A stretch of DNA of 63,279 bases, counting the filler, from Sphacelaria rigidula (lineage: Eukaryota), in assembly GCA_964200075.2 (NCBI GenBank). It is 5 parts of 5 records of this genome, joined end to end, with 100 filler letters (N's around TTAATTAATTAA, not from the genome) between each part and the next. Parts side by side here need not be neighbours in the genome. Positions count along the whole stretch, not along the records: positions 50,707 to 63,279 come from CAXNAA020003614.1; 4 more parts are not named here. One strand, given 5' to 3'. The number at the start of each line of letters is the position of its first letter. Position 1 is the first letter of the stretch. Positions 50,807-63,279 of the stretch are shown here, piece by piece. Under the pieces are notes generated by a model, which saw only the letters and a list, made by a program, of their open reading frames with translations, was not told the origin of the DNA and searched no databases. A program made the translations under genes and the position numbers.

Positions 50807-51953
50807 ACAGGTTTGAGGTAGGGATTGCGGTTTTTATTCATCCTGTACTCATATTTTTGTTCCATCATTGCATCGGCTTTTTTCATTCAGACCCGCAGTC
50901 GAGAGTAACTCAGGAGGACAACATTGTTCCATCCCTCGGAAATGATAACCATACTCACGATGACAAAATCTGCGTCATGAAGGGGGCGAGGGGGGGGGAT
51001 GTACGAAGACAGGAGTAGTTGAAGGTGGAGCACTTCTGCGGACTGTAGATACAAGGTGAAAATAAATTAAGCCAGCATCGAGAGAGGCACCCATGAATGC
51101 ATCGAACATACGGCAAATCTCAGGGTACTACAATTAAAAGTCCACACTAAGGAACACATGGGTGAAGCGCGTTCAACCCGGGTTACGACGCGATATCGAA
51201 TTCAACCTCGACTTCGGCACCAATTTATTTCTTCAATGGCCCCCTAGGTGGGATCACCGAAAAGATGCGAAGAACAAACTACCAACGGTCGGATGAATGA
51301 ATGATTCGTCTGGAAATGACTTGATTTCAGCTGAATCGTACCGTACGAATCAATCCTTACGCTCTGCTTTCAGCGTTGCAACCCAGGTACGCGCAGCCGA
51401 GGCATGTGGATGGGCGCAAAAATTGTGTGGAGACCTTCTTGACCAGCGGTCAACTTTTTCCTTCTCTTTTGAGCAATCGTGCCTGAAAAATCGCGGATTC
51501 GGTGCTCCAAACTGGCGATGATTCGTCCGAACCGTGCAAACTATTTTCGATTGAACAAATATATGCATGATTCAGAGGTTGGCGACCCTCTTCGCCATCT
51601 TGTCTTGGAAAAAAAATAAAAGAGAGAGACAATTTTTGTGCTTGCGCGCAAAATGGAACATTGGCTCCATATCCGTAGTCAGTATAAAAAATGATCAAAT
51701 GACGGGATGTACTCATGATCTTGCACGCCGCACAAGGCCGGGACGGAGCACGCTGGGTTCCCGCCGGACCAGGAATTACGAGGGGTGGGGGTGGGGGGGT
51801 TGGGGGGGCAATAACATTAGATGGCAAGAGAAGAAGAACCGCTCCATGCGCGACAGTACAGTACAGGGGGAGAGATGGGTGGATTCCTTGACAGTACGGG
51901 CTCGTCCCGAGAAAGGAGACCGTCTAAAAATAGGACAGAAGAACATATATTTT

Positions 51954-53449
51954 TTAAAGTACGGTTCTCACTCCCTGCTCCCCCGTAAGCCCATACGCGC
52001 GAGCACAGGCGGACTCAACCTGTACAGTGTCCACCCCCGACCAAGCATGGAGTCCCACCTTTGTTCCTTCGCTCAGGTCCGCGTCGGCTCTTCGTCCTTC
52101 GGAAGACAACTTGCTCACGTCCTTCCGACTTCCCTCTCCCCTTTTCTGACCACCCCCCTTCCTCTTGCCCTTGCTCTTGTTCGTCCTCTTGACACCAGCA
52201 CTACCACTACTACTCTTGCTCCGCGACTGCGGAGCGGCGGCGTCGCTGCCACTTGCCACGGTCTCAACAGTGCGCCCACCACCGTCGCCGGCCACACCAC
52301 TAGCTTGACCCTTGTTCCTCACAGCTGCCGGAACACTTTCTCCCGTTCCTCCGGCGCTGGCGCTGCTGCCCGTCGCCGCAATATCCCCGGCCACCGACAA
52401 AGCTCGCGCAGGTGCTACTCGCGCATCCTCTAGCCCCCCTCGTTCTTCTCGCATTTGCGCCGCCGCCGCCGCCGCCTGCGCCTTTTCTCGGTCGCTTGTT
52501 TCCAGATCCATGTTTTGTATCCCTCCCACTACAGTCTTATGCCCATTCCCGTGCCCATTTCGAGCCATCCCATTCCCGCTCGTAGTAGTGGCGACAACTG
52601 TGGACTGCGTCTCCGCTCGTAGCTCCGTGGCCGCCGCTGAAACTCCAACCGAGCCTGCTCGGTATTCATTCTCGACGCTCTTGGCAGTAGTAGCTCCGCC
52701 GGTGCCATTTCCGCCTGCAGTACCAGCCCTTGGTCCAGCAACACAAGGCTGCGCTACGTCTACCCCAACGCCCCTGGCGCTAGCGTGGCCAGGCTTGGAT
52801 ACGCCAGACTCGGCTATACCCCCCGGAACAGCACCGGGTCCATGAGCCGCCGCCGTCACTTCTGCTGACGGGTGCTGCCGGCCTTCACTTCCCTCGCGGG
52901 TGGCGGCCGTTAAGTCACCTTCCCGTCCGTCATCCAGTCGCGCTCCTCCCCCCCTTCCGTCCCGCCGGCTCCGCGCAGCAGTGGCAGCAGTAGCACCAAC
53001 AACAACGACATCCTGCGATCTTCCTCTACTCTCACCACTTGCACCACCATCACTATCATGACTACTAAACTCACTGCTACCACCACTAGATTCACTACCG
53101 CTGCTGCTGCTGCTGCCGCTCGTATCAGAGGACTCTCCAGTGTCGGTACCACTATCACCACCCCCGTCACTCCCGCGCGCCCCCCGCTTCACAACCGCTG
53201 CCGTTGCCGGCGCCGCCGTCTGCAACCGCTCAGGATGATGGCGATCATTATAATATCCAGGGTCCTTTGAGAGGGGCGATCGACCTTCAGCAGATTGGCG
53301 AGACGGTGCTGACGACTCGGCGGCGGCAGCTAAGGCGGCCCCGACCCCCTCGAACAGCAGACGTAGCGGACGCGCGGCGTGTGGCAGGAGCAGCATCAGC
53401 TGGTCGTAGTCATACAGGCGGCGTCCCTCGAGCCCGACTAGGTAGTCGC
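51954..53449 (-). CDS. ArfGAP/PDZ-like protein, exon F: end of PDZ-like domain + long Ser/Gly/Ala-rich region (3' end uncertain)
   Basis: CAG acceptor (AG 53451-53450), phase 1 completes Gly: (G)DYLVGLEGRRLYDYDQLMLLLPHAARPLRLLF. The frame is open to the stop at 51954, but a likely donor AAG|GTGGGA at 52059 may lead to further exons. Confidence 0.8.
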
Positions 53450-54576
53450 CTGGGCGATCGTTGGCGCACGCACGCCGCCGAGAGGATAGGGGGAAATGGG
53501 AGGTGCGTTGAGGCGCCAAACGCGGTGAAGTCACACGAAACAACAGATCATGCTCACGCCGCTTCTTGTAGGCTGAAAAAAGTCACTGAGAAAAGTCGTT
53601 TCGGTCAGTTTCCAGAGTTTTTTTTTTCAGAACGCGACCTTGTAGGACCATTTTTCATTCAAAAAGTCTCTGGAAACTGACGGACGTTTCTAAACAGCGC
53701 GATTTTCCCAAATATCTTTGGGAAAATATTATCCAGTTCCCAGAGATTTTTCTGTCTGCGAATTGACGTTCCATCATACACTCATCGCACACCGCACCCA
53801 CAATGGTACAGTCAGTGCCCCATCACACACTCCTCGCATACAAGTGTAGTACAGCCAGTACAAAAGTAGCTGTGCATGTTGTATGTACAGTACCGTGGCA
53901 ACAGCATAGCTTCTGCAGCACTCCGTGCATCCTCTTCATGACCGTATGACTAGGGACAGGCAGTACAGTACAGTGCTTTTTCGCCGGCAGCGTTACTACC
54001 ATCAAATAGAACGATGTCGCCCCTACTGGCTGTATTGACTGCTCGTATCGCTTTATGCCCGTCGTGCCCGCCACCGATTGCAAACTCTGTAGTATACTGA
54101 GACGGTTGCTACCACACTACTGACTGTCACATGAGTTTGTCGTGTGCGGTATGGCACAAGCCGTACTGCTGCACACTGCACCGCTTGCGACACTACTACT
54201 GTACCAATCGGCGGTCGGCTGAAGTAAGGGTTGATACGCCTGTCATTTCGATCCCTACAACACCAGTAGCTACTGTGTGGGTGTGTTGCCATCTCATCTA
54301 TCCTGCACCTGGACGGGATTATTTACGCGTTAGTTCACCGCAGGTGGCACAAGCATAAAATGCAAATGATGACCACCACCACCGTCTGCACGCAGGCTAG
54401 ATGATGACCTCGGGTGTACAAATCCCCAGATTATAAGGTGAGGTTTTGAAAACTGACTAGTCTGAAAAAAGTCACTGAGTAGAGTCGTCCGCCCGAACTT
54501 TTTTCAGTGACTTTTTTCACTCCATAAAAAGCGGCCTCAACAAAAAAGTTGAACAAAGAGATGACTACAACAAGTG

Positions 54577-54579
<3 letters not shown>

Positions 54580-54614
<35 letters not shown>
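54580..54614. repeat. (GA)n microsatellite
   Basis: Direct reading. Confidence 0.95.
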
Positions 54615-54617
<3 letters not shown>

Positions 54618-54846
54618 GTGCTAGCTTGCTTGCTTGCTCGCTTGTTCGCTGCACGGCTGTCCTCGATCCTGGTAGCGTCACTCTAGAATAGCACTATACA
54701 ATCGTGTGTGTCGCGCTCTCTGTGCCCCACCTGTTCGTTCGCTCAAATAATCTGCAACGAATAACTCAACGAGCCACATGCAGAGCGCGGCGTGTCATGG
54801 ATATACGCCCACATCTCGTTTGCGGGCATCCCGGTTTCTAACACAC

Positions 54847-54961
54847 CTGTTCGGACCCCTAGGCGGAAGGCGACCCCGCCAGGGGCCAGGCGGGTAACCA
54901 GCGCCCGGTTTACTCCATCCTTCATGAGAGTGAATCCCATCCCACCAGGTCCGAACACAAC
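54847..54961 (-). CDS. ArfGAP/PDZ-like protein, exon E (PDZ-like core)
   Basis: TAG acceptor (AG 54963-54962), ACAG|GTGTGT donor, phase 0/1. VVFGPGGMGFTLMKDGVNRALVTRLAPGGVAFRLGVRTG (GMGF equivalent to the GLGF loop). Confidence 0.85.
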
Positions 54962-55190
54962 CTAAGAGTAGTAGCAGCAGCAGCGCACACCACGCCAGGG
55001 TATAGTGCACGGTCAACACGCCAACAGCGATACGTGAGAAAATATTACCATGGTGGGTCAAAAGTGCTGTTCGCCCCTTCGCATGTCACCGGTGCATGTT
55101 GAGGGTTGCCGAAATCATCTTGTGCATACAGTACAAGGGCTTGCGGGCGGGACAGACAAGTTTTTCCTCACTTTTTCGTAAATTCATCCG

Positions 55191-55506
55191 TAGAGCTCGG
55201 AAATGGTTTGTCTAACCATCAACCAGTTAAATGGTACATAATGGTTTGGTCATCGAGCGGCGAAGCCGCGAGCCGAAAAGCCCCCCCCCCGGCAGAGGGG
55301 GCCCCGCCGGAGGCGCCCCCAGAGGGCCCCACGCGAGGCGCCGTACCGGAGGCACGTTTGTACGCGATTTGGTTTCACTAGAGCTAACAAATGCGCGTGC
55401 TGTACGTAAATTACATAGCCGGTAACGGTAGATAATGGTTTGAAACCATTGTCCGAAAGTCTCGTATAAGCATTACCGTTATAACTGGTACCGTTTCCGA
55501 GCTCTA
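55191..55506. mobile_element. Old hAT-like MITE in intron
   Basis: TIR TAGAGCTCGGAAA(T/C)GGT / ACCGTTTCCGAGCTCTA. 8-bp flanks TTCATCCG / TTAACCAG (5/8). Confidence 0.65.
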
Positions 55507-56187
55507 TTAACCAGCGAAAGAACACTACGTACCCTCCCACGCAACATAGGCTATATACCGCGGGCGCTGTGTCGGTGCTCTATCGTAGAGGCTAGCTTTA
55601 TGGATGTACGGCAGTAGTGTGGGGAGGCACACACAGCTTGCGAGTTCTGGAGAAAGCGAGTCTCTTCTTCGGGCACCAGACAGCTAGTCGTTCGTCGTGA
55701 CGAATGATCTCTCGTGGACGTTGTCTACGGAAATACACTTACGGAACCTCAGGAACGTCAGGACTTTCAGGAACGTGTTCCCCGCAACGAGTACCAAACG
55801 TAGGGTGTAACATCTTTCATTCTGCCTCGACTGCGGTACCAAATTAACCAAAAATAGTCCAACATGCGGGCGGAATACAGCTATCAACAGAAGATGTTTG
55901 TTTCATTATTCAAATGAAGTTACCGCTACTTCACGTGACAGAGGTCAAAACATTGAGCGTAGAAACCCCCCTTTTCCCCCGGCCCCCCACCCCAAAAAGA
56001 TGATGACAACTACTACATAACGATGATGGTGACCAGCATCCACTACATATTTTCGAACATTGCCAGAAACTGCGGTGAGAAGCAGACACACAAAAAAATT
56101 CATGACAGCTACATGAATGTCTACGTAGCTCCAATTTAAAAAGAATTAAAAAATGACCATCATGACCTCATAGACAAGCGCACGCAC

Positions 56188-56430
56188 CTCGTATTCTCCG
56201 TTTCCGCAGCTCCGCGCCTTCGCGAATCCGGCGGCACTGCTCAGTTCCATCACTGCTGCTGATGCCATCGCCGTCGACGGAGGAGAAGGAGGAGTTGGAT
56301 TTTTAGAAAAAGAAGCTACGCCGCTAGATGGCGAAGCCGGCAATCGGCGTGATTCCCTCTTGCTACGATTACCCTTGCGGCTCGCCTTCGCTGCCTTCAG
56401 TTTTTTCGCCGCTGCTTTGGCCTCTGCTTT
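56188..56430 (-). CDS. ArfGAP/PDZ-like protein, exon D (Lys/Ala-rich linker)
   Basis: CAG acceptor, GAG|GTGCGT donor, phase 0/0, 81 codons: KAEAKAAAKKLKAAKASRK...CGNGEYE. Confidence 0.8.
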
Positions 56431-56951
56431 CTGTTTGGTGGGGCGCGCGGGAAGATGGGGAGACGAGGAGACAGATGCGGGGGGCGGGGGGGGGAGCGGA
56501 GGGGGCAAGTCAGGAGAGAGGGGGGGAAGAGGGCTTGATTCTGAAAATATGTATAGAGAGACAAAAATGCTTCTGTCTTCGTGCGAGTTTGTTATCCTAG
56601 TGAACATCGAGTTTGCGGTGATAACAGGGCGCCTCATCACCATGTTTGTTTTTGCAAAATCTCAAACTGCAGGGGCCAAATGACACGAAAAGGGTGGGGG
56701 CAAAAAATACAAAACACGAGGGGGGCAGAAGCATTTTAAAAAATCCCGAATATTAATTATTGTATTTTCTATTTCTTCCATCATTATATGTCTTGGCCCC
56801 CGGGATGATCCCCGCCTCTCCCTCCTCAGCATGATGATACTGCGATTAATCGTCAACGATGAACTGTAAAAACTTTTATGTTGACCTACTCGTCTTTGCA
56901 TCGCTGTCATGTACTGCTGCGGAGCTCGACCCGCCACCCGTGGTCGTTCAC

Positions 56952-57090
56952 CTCTCGTCGAAGATCAGCGGCGGCCGCGGCTTCCGCTGCGGCAAAGATC
57001 TTCCCTGCACCAAATCCGCGAGGGCTAACACCCGCAAACTGCCCACCCGATTTTTCCAATTGGTCGTCCGCAGCGGCTCGAAGGTTGTCG
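56952..57090 (-). CDS. ArfGAP/PDZ-like protein, exon C (end of ArfGAP helix)
   Basis: CAG acceptor (AG 57092-57091), phase 2 completes Arg: (R)DNLRAAADDQLEK...DLRRE, then GAG|GTGAAC donor. Confidence 0.75.
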
Positions 57091-57625
57091 CTGTGGATCC
57101 CCGATGTTCGGCCGAAACGCGGGGGGGCGGGGGGGGGGGAATGAAACCAAGGAGGAATGAGAAGGGGAGAGAGAACAAGACCAGCAAAACCACAAAGTGT
57201 AACCGATCAATACAAACACCCGCACCCACACGTTGACAAGACAGACAGATCCAGGGCAGATCAGAAAGAAACGTGAAATATTGCGGCGTTAGTGGATTGT
57301 TCTAGAACACGCTCTAGGATGATCTGTGCCACCTATTAGGTGCCGGTTCACTCGCCACGAAGACGAAGCCTCCTGGCCGCTCGCTCTGTTTGTTTTTGGT
57401 CCCTGCCAGAAATGGAACACTGTACGTGGCCGCCACGGGGTCAATTTCACGGCGACAAACAAAAGCGATGTGCGCTCTTTTCTCGTGTGTGAGTGTGTGT
57501 CATGCGCGTGTGCAGAACACGCTGCACAAACCTGATATCGCAGATCTGTCTTACTTACAGGGTACGGACGCCTACTTAAAAACGTGAAAATCTGAACACT
57601 TTTTATTCAAATATTATTTAGTTAC

Positions 57626-57771
57626 CGGTACAGCGTCGAGGCCTTCGTGCGGTATTTCATCTCCAGCTGGCTGTTCTCAGTGTGACACTTGGCGAACCAC
57701 GCTCTCAGCTGGGCGTTTCCTCCGAGCTCCATTCTCATGATCTGACCCGGATCCCATCTATCCATAGTCAG
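57626..57771 (-). CDS. ArfGAP/PDZ-like protein, exon B (ArfGAP domain C-half)
   Basis: CAG acceptor, CG|GTAAC donor. LTMDRWDPGQIMRMELGGNAQLRAWF...KYRTKASTLYR matches the ArfGAP S.T.D.W...M..GGN...KY motif. Confidence 0.92.
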
Positions 57772-57858
57772 CTGCGACAAAAATACAAATATACATACGT
57801 GCATACATTCAAGGATCGGTGGTAGTTTTTTTTAATGCGGGGGCGCCATTTAAAAAAA

Positions 57859-57931
57859 AGGAAAAAGGAAACAGGAAACAGGAAACAGGAAACAGGAAAC
57901 AGGAAAAAGGAAACAGGAAACAGGAAAAAGG
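57859..57931. repeat. (GGAAACA)n heptamer repeat
   Basis: Direct reading. Confidence 0.9.
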
Positions 57932-58773
57932 TGGGGGTAGGTGGCAAAGGGCCTGTCACGCTAGCCTCCCGAGCAAAAGGGGGATAGTACAGTACATGCA
58001 CACCTACAGTAACAAGCTAAGCGGGATTGGTCTTGACGTGATATTTCATCAGCTTCCCCCCCCCCTTTCGTGAGTGAGGAGGGCAAGGGTTTAAATGAGC
58101 ATTAACATAATTAAAAGCAGGAGGGTCGTACAGAATGATTCCCCGATGGGAGGGGTGGGGTCGAATGGAGCCAAAATAACCCGACCGCCGCGACGGTGCT
58201 ATTGTTCTCGCCTTATCGACAGATACCGCAAATATTGTGAGGAACAGGGGAACACGTGAAGAGTGTCTAAGATATATATCAGGAAGCGGCACTTGTGTAT
58301 TAAATATAGTCACACACACCCTGGACAATAGAAAACACGGTAAAAAAATGTACTGCGTACAGTATCGACCATTGCGCATATTGCAATAGACAATAGATTC
58401 TCTACTGTACGCGGTACATTTTTTTACAATAGAATCCATCGTCCAGGGTGTGAAGTTAGTGCATGCGTACTGCAACCAAAATTCCGGCATGATACTGGTC
58501 GATCGACGATCGTTGACACCGAGATCAATATCCAGAGGTCAAAGCGAATTCTTGATCGCCCCGGAGTTCACTCATAAGCCTCGACACGAAGCGTACATGT
58601 ATGGTCGTGATATCTACCGCGGGTCGCCGTCGTTTTTGTCCCGGGAAGCGTGTGTGCTTCAGTTGATTTACAGATAATAAATGTTTGTAACAATTTGCTT
58701 CTACAATGTGGTTCCTTGTTCGTAAAACCTGCTCCGCCCCTCTTTTCCCCTACACACCGTGTGAAATATTCCA

Positions 58774-59108
58774 CAGGTATCATAGGTAAGGTAGGTACCA
58801 TGTACCGGTATTTGGGACATTTCACACCCTACCGATACCGGTTCAATCGGGTATTGTCAAAATCCATGCCTACGATACCCATGATACCACGGTATTTCGA
58901 GATACCAGTACCTACCGTACCCGCTCGATCGGGTATTTTCAAATGTCGTCGGTACCTACGATACCACGGCGTTTCGATATTTCAATACCTACCGTACCCG
59001 CTCAATCAGGTTTATTAAAACTCATACCCACGATACCCACGCATACCATGGTATGGGATACCCCTGCAAATACCGGGGGTATACCCGGTAAATACCGGAC
59101 GCGATGCA
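58774..59108 (+). repeat. Intronic repeat element with internal tandem units, copy 1
   Basis: GATACCACGGTATTTCGAGATA..GTACCTACCGTACCCGC..ATCGGGTATTTTCAAATGTC units; colinear with 60477-60880. Confidence 0.85.
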
Positions 59109-60476
59109 CCCCCCACGGTGCAGCAGCCGGTCCCAACTTGCGCAAAAGCCACAAGTTTTCGGAGCAAGTACGACTTGTTTTCACAAGCAATACATACCCA
59201 CAATCTCCCTGATTTTCGGTTTGGATCAATTCGAATGAACATTTCAATATGTAGTCTGATGTTCTTAGTAAATGGACATAAATGTTGGGTATATCATCAT
59301 TACGATGCTATACTTGTTTCATCATTTATGTCGAAGATGAGCATCATACACAAAAATATTACACGTGCAAACGAGCAGAGAGAAAAAAACGAACAGGAGG
59401 AAAAGTAACAACAAAAAAACGAGGGGCCGCAGGAGGCATACAAACAACAAGGTACCAACATACCAATTGAATAACCTTGGATATATACATATACATGCCG
59501 TATATACTGCGCCATTGTCGGGTGCTCTAAATGAAAAAATACAACTACAGGAGAGGCAAACCCTGCTCTTGCGTACTACTGCGCGTGCTCTTACTTACCA
59601 CTGCAATACCTTAGTGCCACAAAGTATGAAGCTATCTCCTCGAAATGAACATCGAACCATCCAATTTCAACTTTGCACTTACTGCTGCTCTATTTTCAGA
59701 TTGCTTCAGTCTCTGCACCCACGTCAACAACCACGAAGATCACCACGCGGTACTCATGATCGATCCATGGATTGGGTGTCTCACCCTGCCAGCTGATTGC
59801 AACGATCCAGCTGATGCTCAGGGCGAAGAGTAAAAAAAACAAGAAAAAGCATGCAAACGCCCGAGAGCAACAACGAAAAATAATCCCTCGTATTAGGCGT
59901 GGAGACAAGAAAAAAAAGTGGAAAAAAAGCCAAATAATATGCTACTAGCATCGCTATAACAGCACGGGCGCAGGCATGTAGCATGGTGCATCAGCTGCCA
60001 CTCACGCCCTGAATCTCGTTCTCTCCCTCGCTAAGATGAGGGGTCGTCCATCATGTCCATTGGGGTCGCTGCGCGAGTGGGATCGATGAAGTCGTCGGCC
60101 CCGCGCAGCTCAGGATCGGCCCCGGTGAAACGCTTAGGGATGAATGATGTTACTGATGCGGTGGTGAAAATAGGCATCACTACAGGTATCTTGGCGAAGG
60201 TGAGGTGAAGGAACAGCAACATTTCAACGTAGAATCGTCGAGGCGGCTTCTCCAGCTGGACAGAAGCTGCCCCGCGCCACCGAAGTCACGCTTGATCTAT
60301 GATGCAGAAGCTTGGTTACCGAACGTCTGCTACGCTACACTGCGCAAGTCTGTGAAGTGAAGCTTCCCCTGGCGCGCCCCACCCCTTGTGCGTTGTGTGC
60401 GGGTGGGAATGGGACTGCCCATCTTGCACAGCAAGCTGAAACGCTTCTACGCACTGCCGGATGACAGTTTTGGAAT

Positions 60477-60880
60477 CGGTATAAAGGGTAAGGCAGGTAC
60501 CCGGTACTGGTATTTGGAACATCTCACACCCTACCGATATCGGTCCAATCGGATATTTTCAATAGTTACACCTACGATACCCATGATACCACGGTATTTC
60601 GAGAGACAGTACTTGCCGTACTCGCCAAATCGGGTATTTTCAAATGTCATACCTACGATACCTACGATACCACGGTATTTCGAGATAACAGTACCTACCG
60701 TACCCGCCCAATCGGGTATTTTCAAATGTCATACCTACGATACCTACGATACCACGGTATTTCGAGATAGCAGTACCTACCGTACCGGCTCCATCAGGTA
60801 TGTTCAAAGCTCATACCCACGATACCCACGCATACCGCGGTATTGGATACCCCTGTAAATACCGGGGGTACGCTCGGTAC
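60477..60880 (+). repeat. Intronic repeat element with internal 82-bp tandem units, copy 2, followed by (CAA)n at ~60882-60914
   Basis: CAAATGTCAT at 60641 and 60723 (period 82); one more unit than copy 1. Confidence 0.85.
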
Positions 60881-61453
60881 GACAACAACAACAACAACGA
60901 CAACAACAACAACAAGATGCAGTCATGCGTAACACGTGAAGATGCACTTGCTCTGATTCCTGTGACGAGGATGGTTTTACCCCATTTTGGTTCCCCGAAT
61001 CCATGGTCGACACATTTTAAAAATAACACGATCCCTATCGCTAAGCCTCACCCTAAGCCTCACCCCAACCCGAGGCATACCGAAAACCCTCGGGCAGGGG
61101 GGGTGCAAAGTGTTCCCCAGGCAAAGTGTGCGTTGCCATACCTCAAATCGTCGCCGCAGGCGCCAATTTAGACAAAAAAGCATCCTGCGCACGCCAGGAA
61201 CACAGTCCCCATTCAAAATCCGGATGTCACGGTCCACACCAAAACCAAGTCGGGCCAACTTCACCCTACCAAGCGGGAAACTCTACTGCGCTCGGGACTG
61301 TATGCCCCACCAGATATCTGAATCTCGGTGTTGACACTAATATCAAGAATGTTCCACCCATGGGCTCTTGGGGAGCCGAACTGGGGTAAACTCTACTGCC
61401 CGTGACTGACCATCCAACCGTCGTCATATCCACGCACACACCATCTCCCTCAC

Positions 61454-61577
61454 CGATTTGATAACCGTGATGTGAGTGCCGAGGCTGCGATGCCTGCCGG
61501 CGCACTGGACGCACAGCAAGATACCGTACGTCGCACCCCCCCAGCTTGTCTCCGGCTGGCCACAATCCATGCAAACG
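61454..61577 (-). CDS. ArfGAP/PDZ-like protein, exon A (ArfGAP zinc finger); upstream exons not found in window
   Basis: Not listed in this frame in the ORF track. VCMDCGQPETSWGGATYGILLCVQCAGRHRSLGTHITVIKS = C-x2-C-x16-C-x2-C-x4-R. CAG acceptor, TCG|GTGAG donor, in phase with exon B. Confidence 0.93.
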
Positions 61578-63279
61578 CTGCTTTAAGGGAAAAAAAAAAA
61601 GAAGCGAGACGGAAATAGAAAGTTTAGAAAAGACAAGGGAGAAAGACGGTCTTTGTTTCACCAAGTCATTGGGTTGACGGTGTAGCATGTGCTCCACAGA
61701 TACACACACACACAACTCAAACACACACATGGCTTTGGTGAGCTCCAGACGGACACGATAGCTTCATAGCTCGGGAGGGGCACAAATTGAAAATAACAAG
61801 GCATTGCTTGCTGCGCGGTGAGCCGTGCTGTGAATACGGACGCATACTGCGGCGCACTTGTTGCGGTGTCTAACTAACCCCTGCAGACATGAAACAGAGA
61901 GTACATGTATTGCGAGTACGGCGGACTACTACGCTGCCTCAGCGCCTGTTCTCTTTCCACAGCCACTACTAAAATGTATGTACCAACAGACGCGGGCTTC
62001 CAAAGTAGCGTATTCCGGTCGAGTCTCAAAACCCACTATCAAGTATGCTACTGTATTTTACAACACGTGTATAAAATAGTGTAGTGTCTCTAATTGAGCG
62101 CCATTCTTCACGTTAGATTTTTATCATCTCGTTCTTTCGTGATCTGAGGCGTGGCTTGATCTTTTTGATCGCCAGGGTGAATTATTTGTTGAATCGGCAC
62201 CACTTCCACTTGAAAGTGAATGTAAGCCCTCGACGATCCACCCCGGCAGTCAAAGAGTTGAAAAAAATAAGCTCGATCCAAATCCGACATCGAAGGTGAC
62301 CACGGTTCCGCGATTGGCCCGCTGCCCCGAACCGCAACAAAACTGATTTTGAATTCCCTGAGCACTAAGATATCTCTACACTTGCCAGAAATCGAAAATA
62401 ACCCGATTTACACAAAGGCGGCATAAAAAAGTGTGAAGAGAAACATAGAGGCAGGCCCCGTGCAATCGTCGAGGTCTAGATATGTCGATGACCTATGTTC
62501 CTCCGCGTATGGTATTGACTCAGGTCAGTTAATTGAGATTTGGGTTGTTCGTTCGGCAAATACTTCGACGTCTTGTTTGGACCCAACCCGCCTTACCAGA
62601 TTGTTTTCTTTTTACTCCGATTTCGATTGTTTTTCGCTGACACAATCGCCTGGTTTCACTTTCTTTTCGGCCCCTAGCCTGACCCTGTCGACGTCATACC
62701 TCATTTCGTAACAATGCTACCGCCTGCCAGTTTCTCAAAACAGGGTGGGGGTGGAGGGGTGTACTTTTTTGTTGTTTGTCTAAGTCGTTTGACCATCGAC
62801 CACGCATCCCTTTCGAGACGGAGCACCGTTCCTACTCCCGATAGAGATACCTCCAACATTTGGATGCTCATTGCGTTTCTCCCACACATCACATCGGGGG
62901 AAGACGGGGGGGAATGTACTCATGATCTTGCATGCCATAGTCGTGTGGCCATTGATGTCGTATCCCTACAGAGCCGGGACGGAGCATGCCGGATGTCGCC
63001 GGACCAGGCTCGCAGTCAATCACCAAACGCGGAACGCCGTAATGTGTTCGGCGAGTCGCATGAGGAGTGAGCTGCATCCTGCTACGATTGTTCGGCCTGA
63101 AGAGGACTGATCATCTTGCACGTGGATGAGCATCGAATGGGTTGTTTCATTTTCTGGTATACCCACTCCCAGAGACAGCCACGGCTTACACACATCGGGG
63201 GGGGGGGGGGGGGGGGGGGGGATCCCTTTTTTTTTTTTGCTTTTGGTGTGTGCCCCCTGAAACCCAACCCCCGAGCTGG

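Noticed and set aside
50707-51560. Further 3' exons of the ArfGAP gene (candidate acceptors near 51510, 51043, 50969)
   Set aside because: No candidate gave a convincing in-phase coding continuation; left unresolved.
51567-53680. Plus-strand ORFs 51567-52433, 52312-52845 and 53204-53680
   Set aside because: Antisense shadows of the GC-rich minus-strand exon; no recognisable domains.
60250-60470. Possible RTE-LINE fragment (LIYDAEAW..Y..LR)
   Set aside because: A single weak motif; not enough to call.

Overview
Eukaryotic, intron-rich, transposon-dense DNA, most likely from a brown alga or another photosynthetic stramenopile. This is inferred from a signal peptide + 'SAF' plastid-targeting presequence, kb-long GT-AG introns and Ectocarpus/oomycete-style retroelements. 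The window is NOT a continuous locus. It is five contigs (1-12579, 12680-25255, 25356-37931, 38032-50606, 50707-63279; lengths 12579, 12576, 12576, 12575, 12573, i.e. sorted by size) joined by identical 100-nt N44-TTAATTAATTAA-N44 linkers. Two host genes can be reconstructed from splice sites. (1) A complete 3-exon, plastid-targeted monothiol (class II) glutaredoxin with a CGYS rather than CGFS active site (minus strand, 33793-27565). (2) A 5'-truncated gene of at least 6 exons fusing an ArfGAP zinc-finger domain to a PDZ-like domain and a long low-complexity tail (minus strand, 61577 to ~51954). The rest is decayed mobile DNA: a Ty1/Copia with 3' LTR, four Ty3/Gypsy remnants (one with both LTRs; two with a chromo-like + Tudor-like integrase tail), a DIRS/Ngaro-type element with a CCCH finger, LINE fragments, and several MITE/foldback families. 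Some MITEs have readable TSDs: a TGT..ACA element with a 4-bp TSD, a GACT..AGTC family with 4-bp TSDs in two contigs, and hAT-like MITEs. No CRISPR array, rRNA or tRNA was recognised. All domain calls are from motif recognition by eye; no searches were run.
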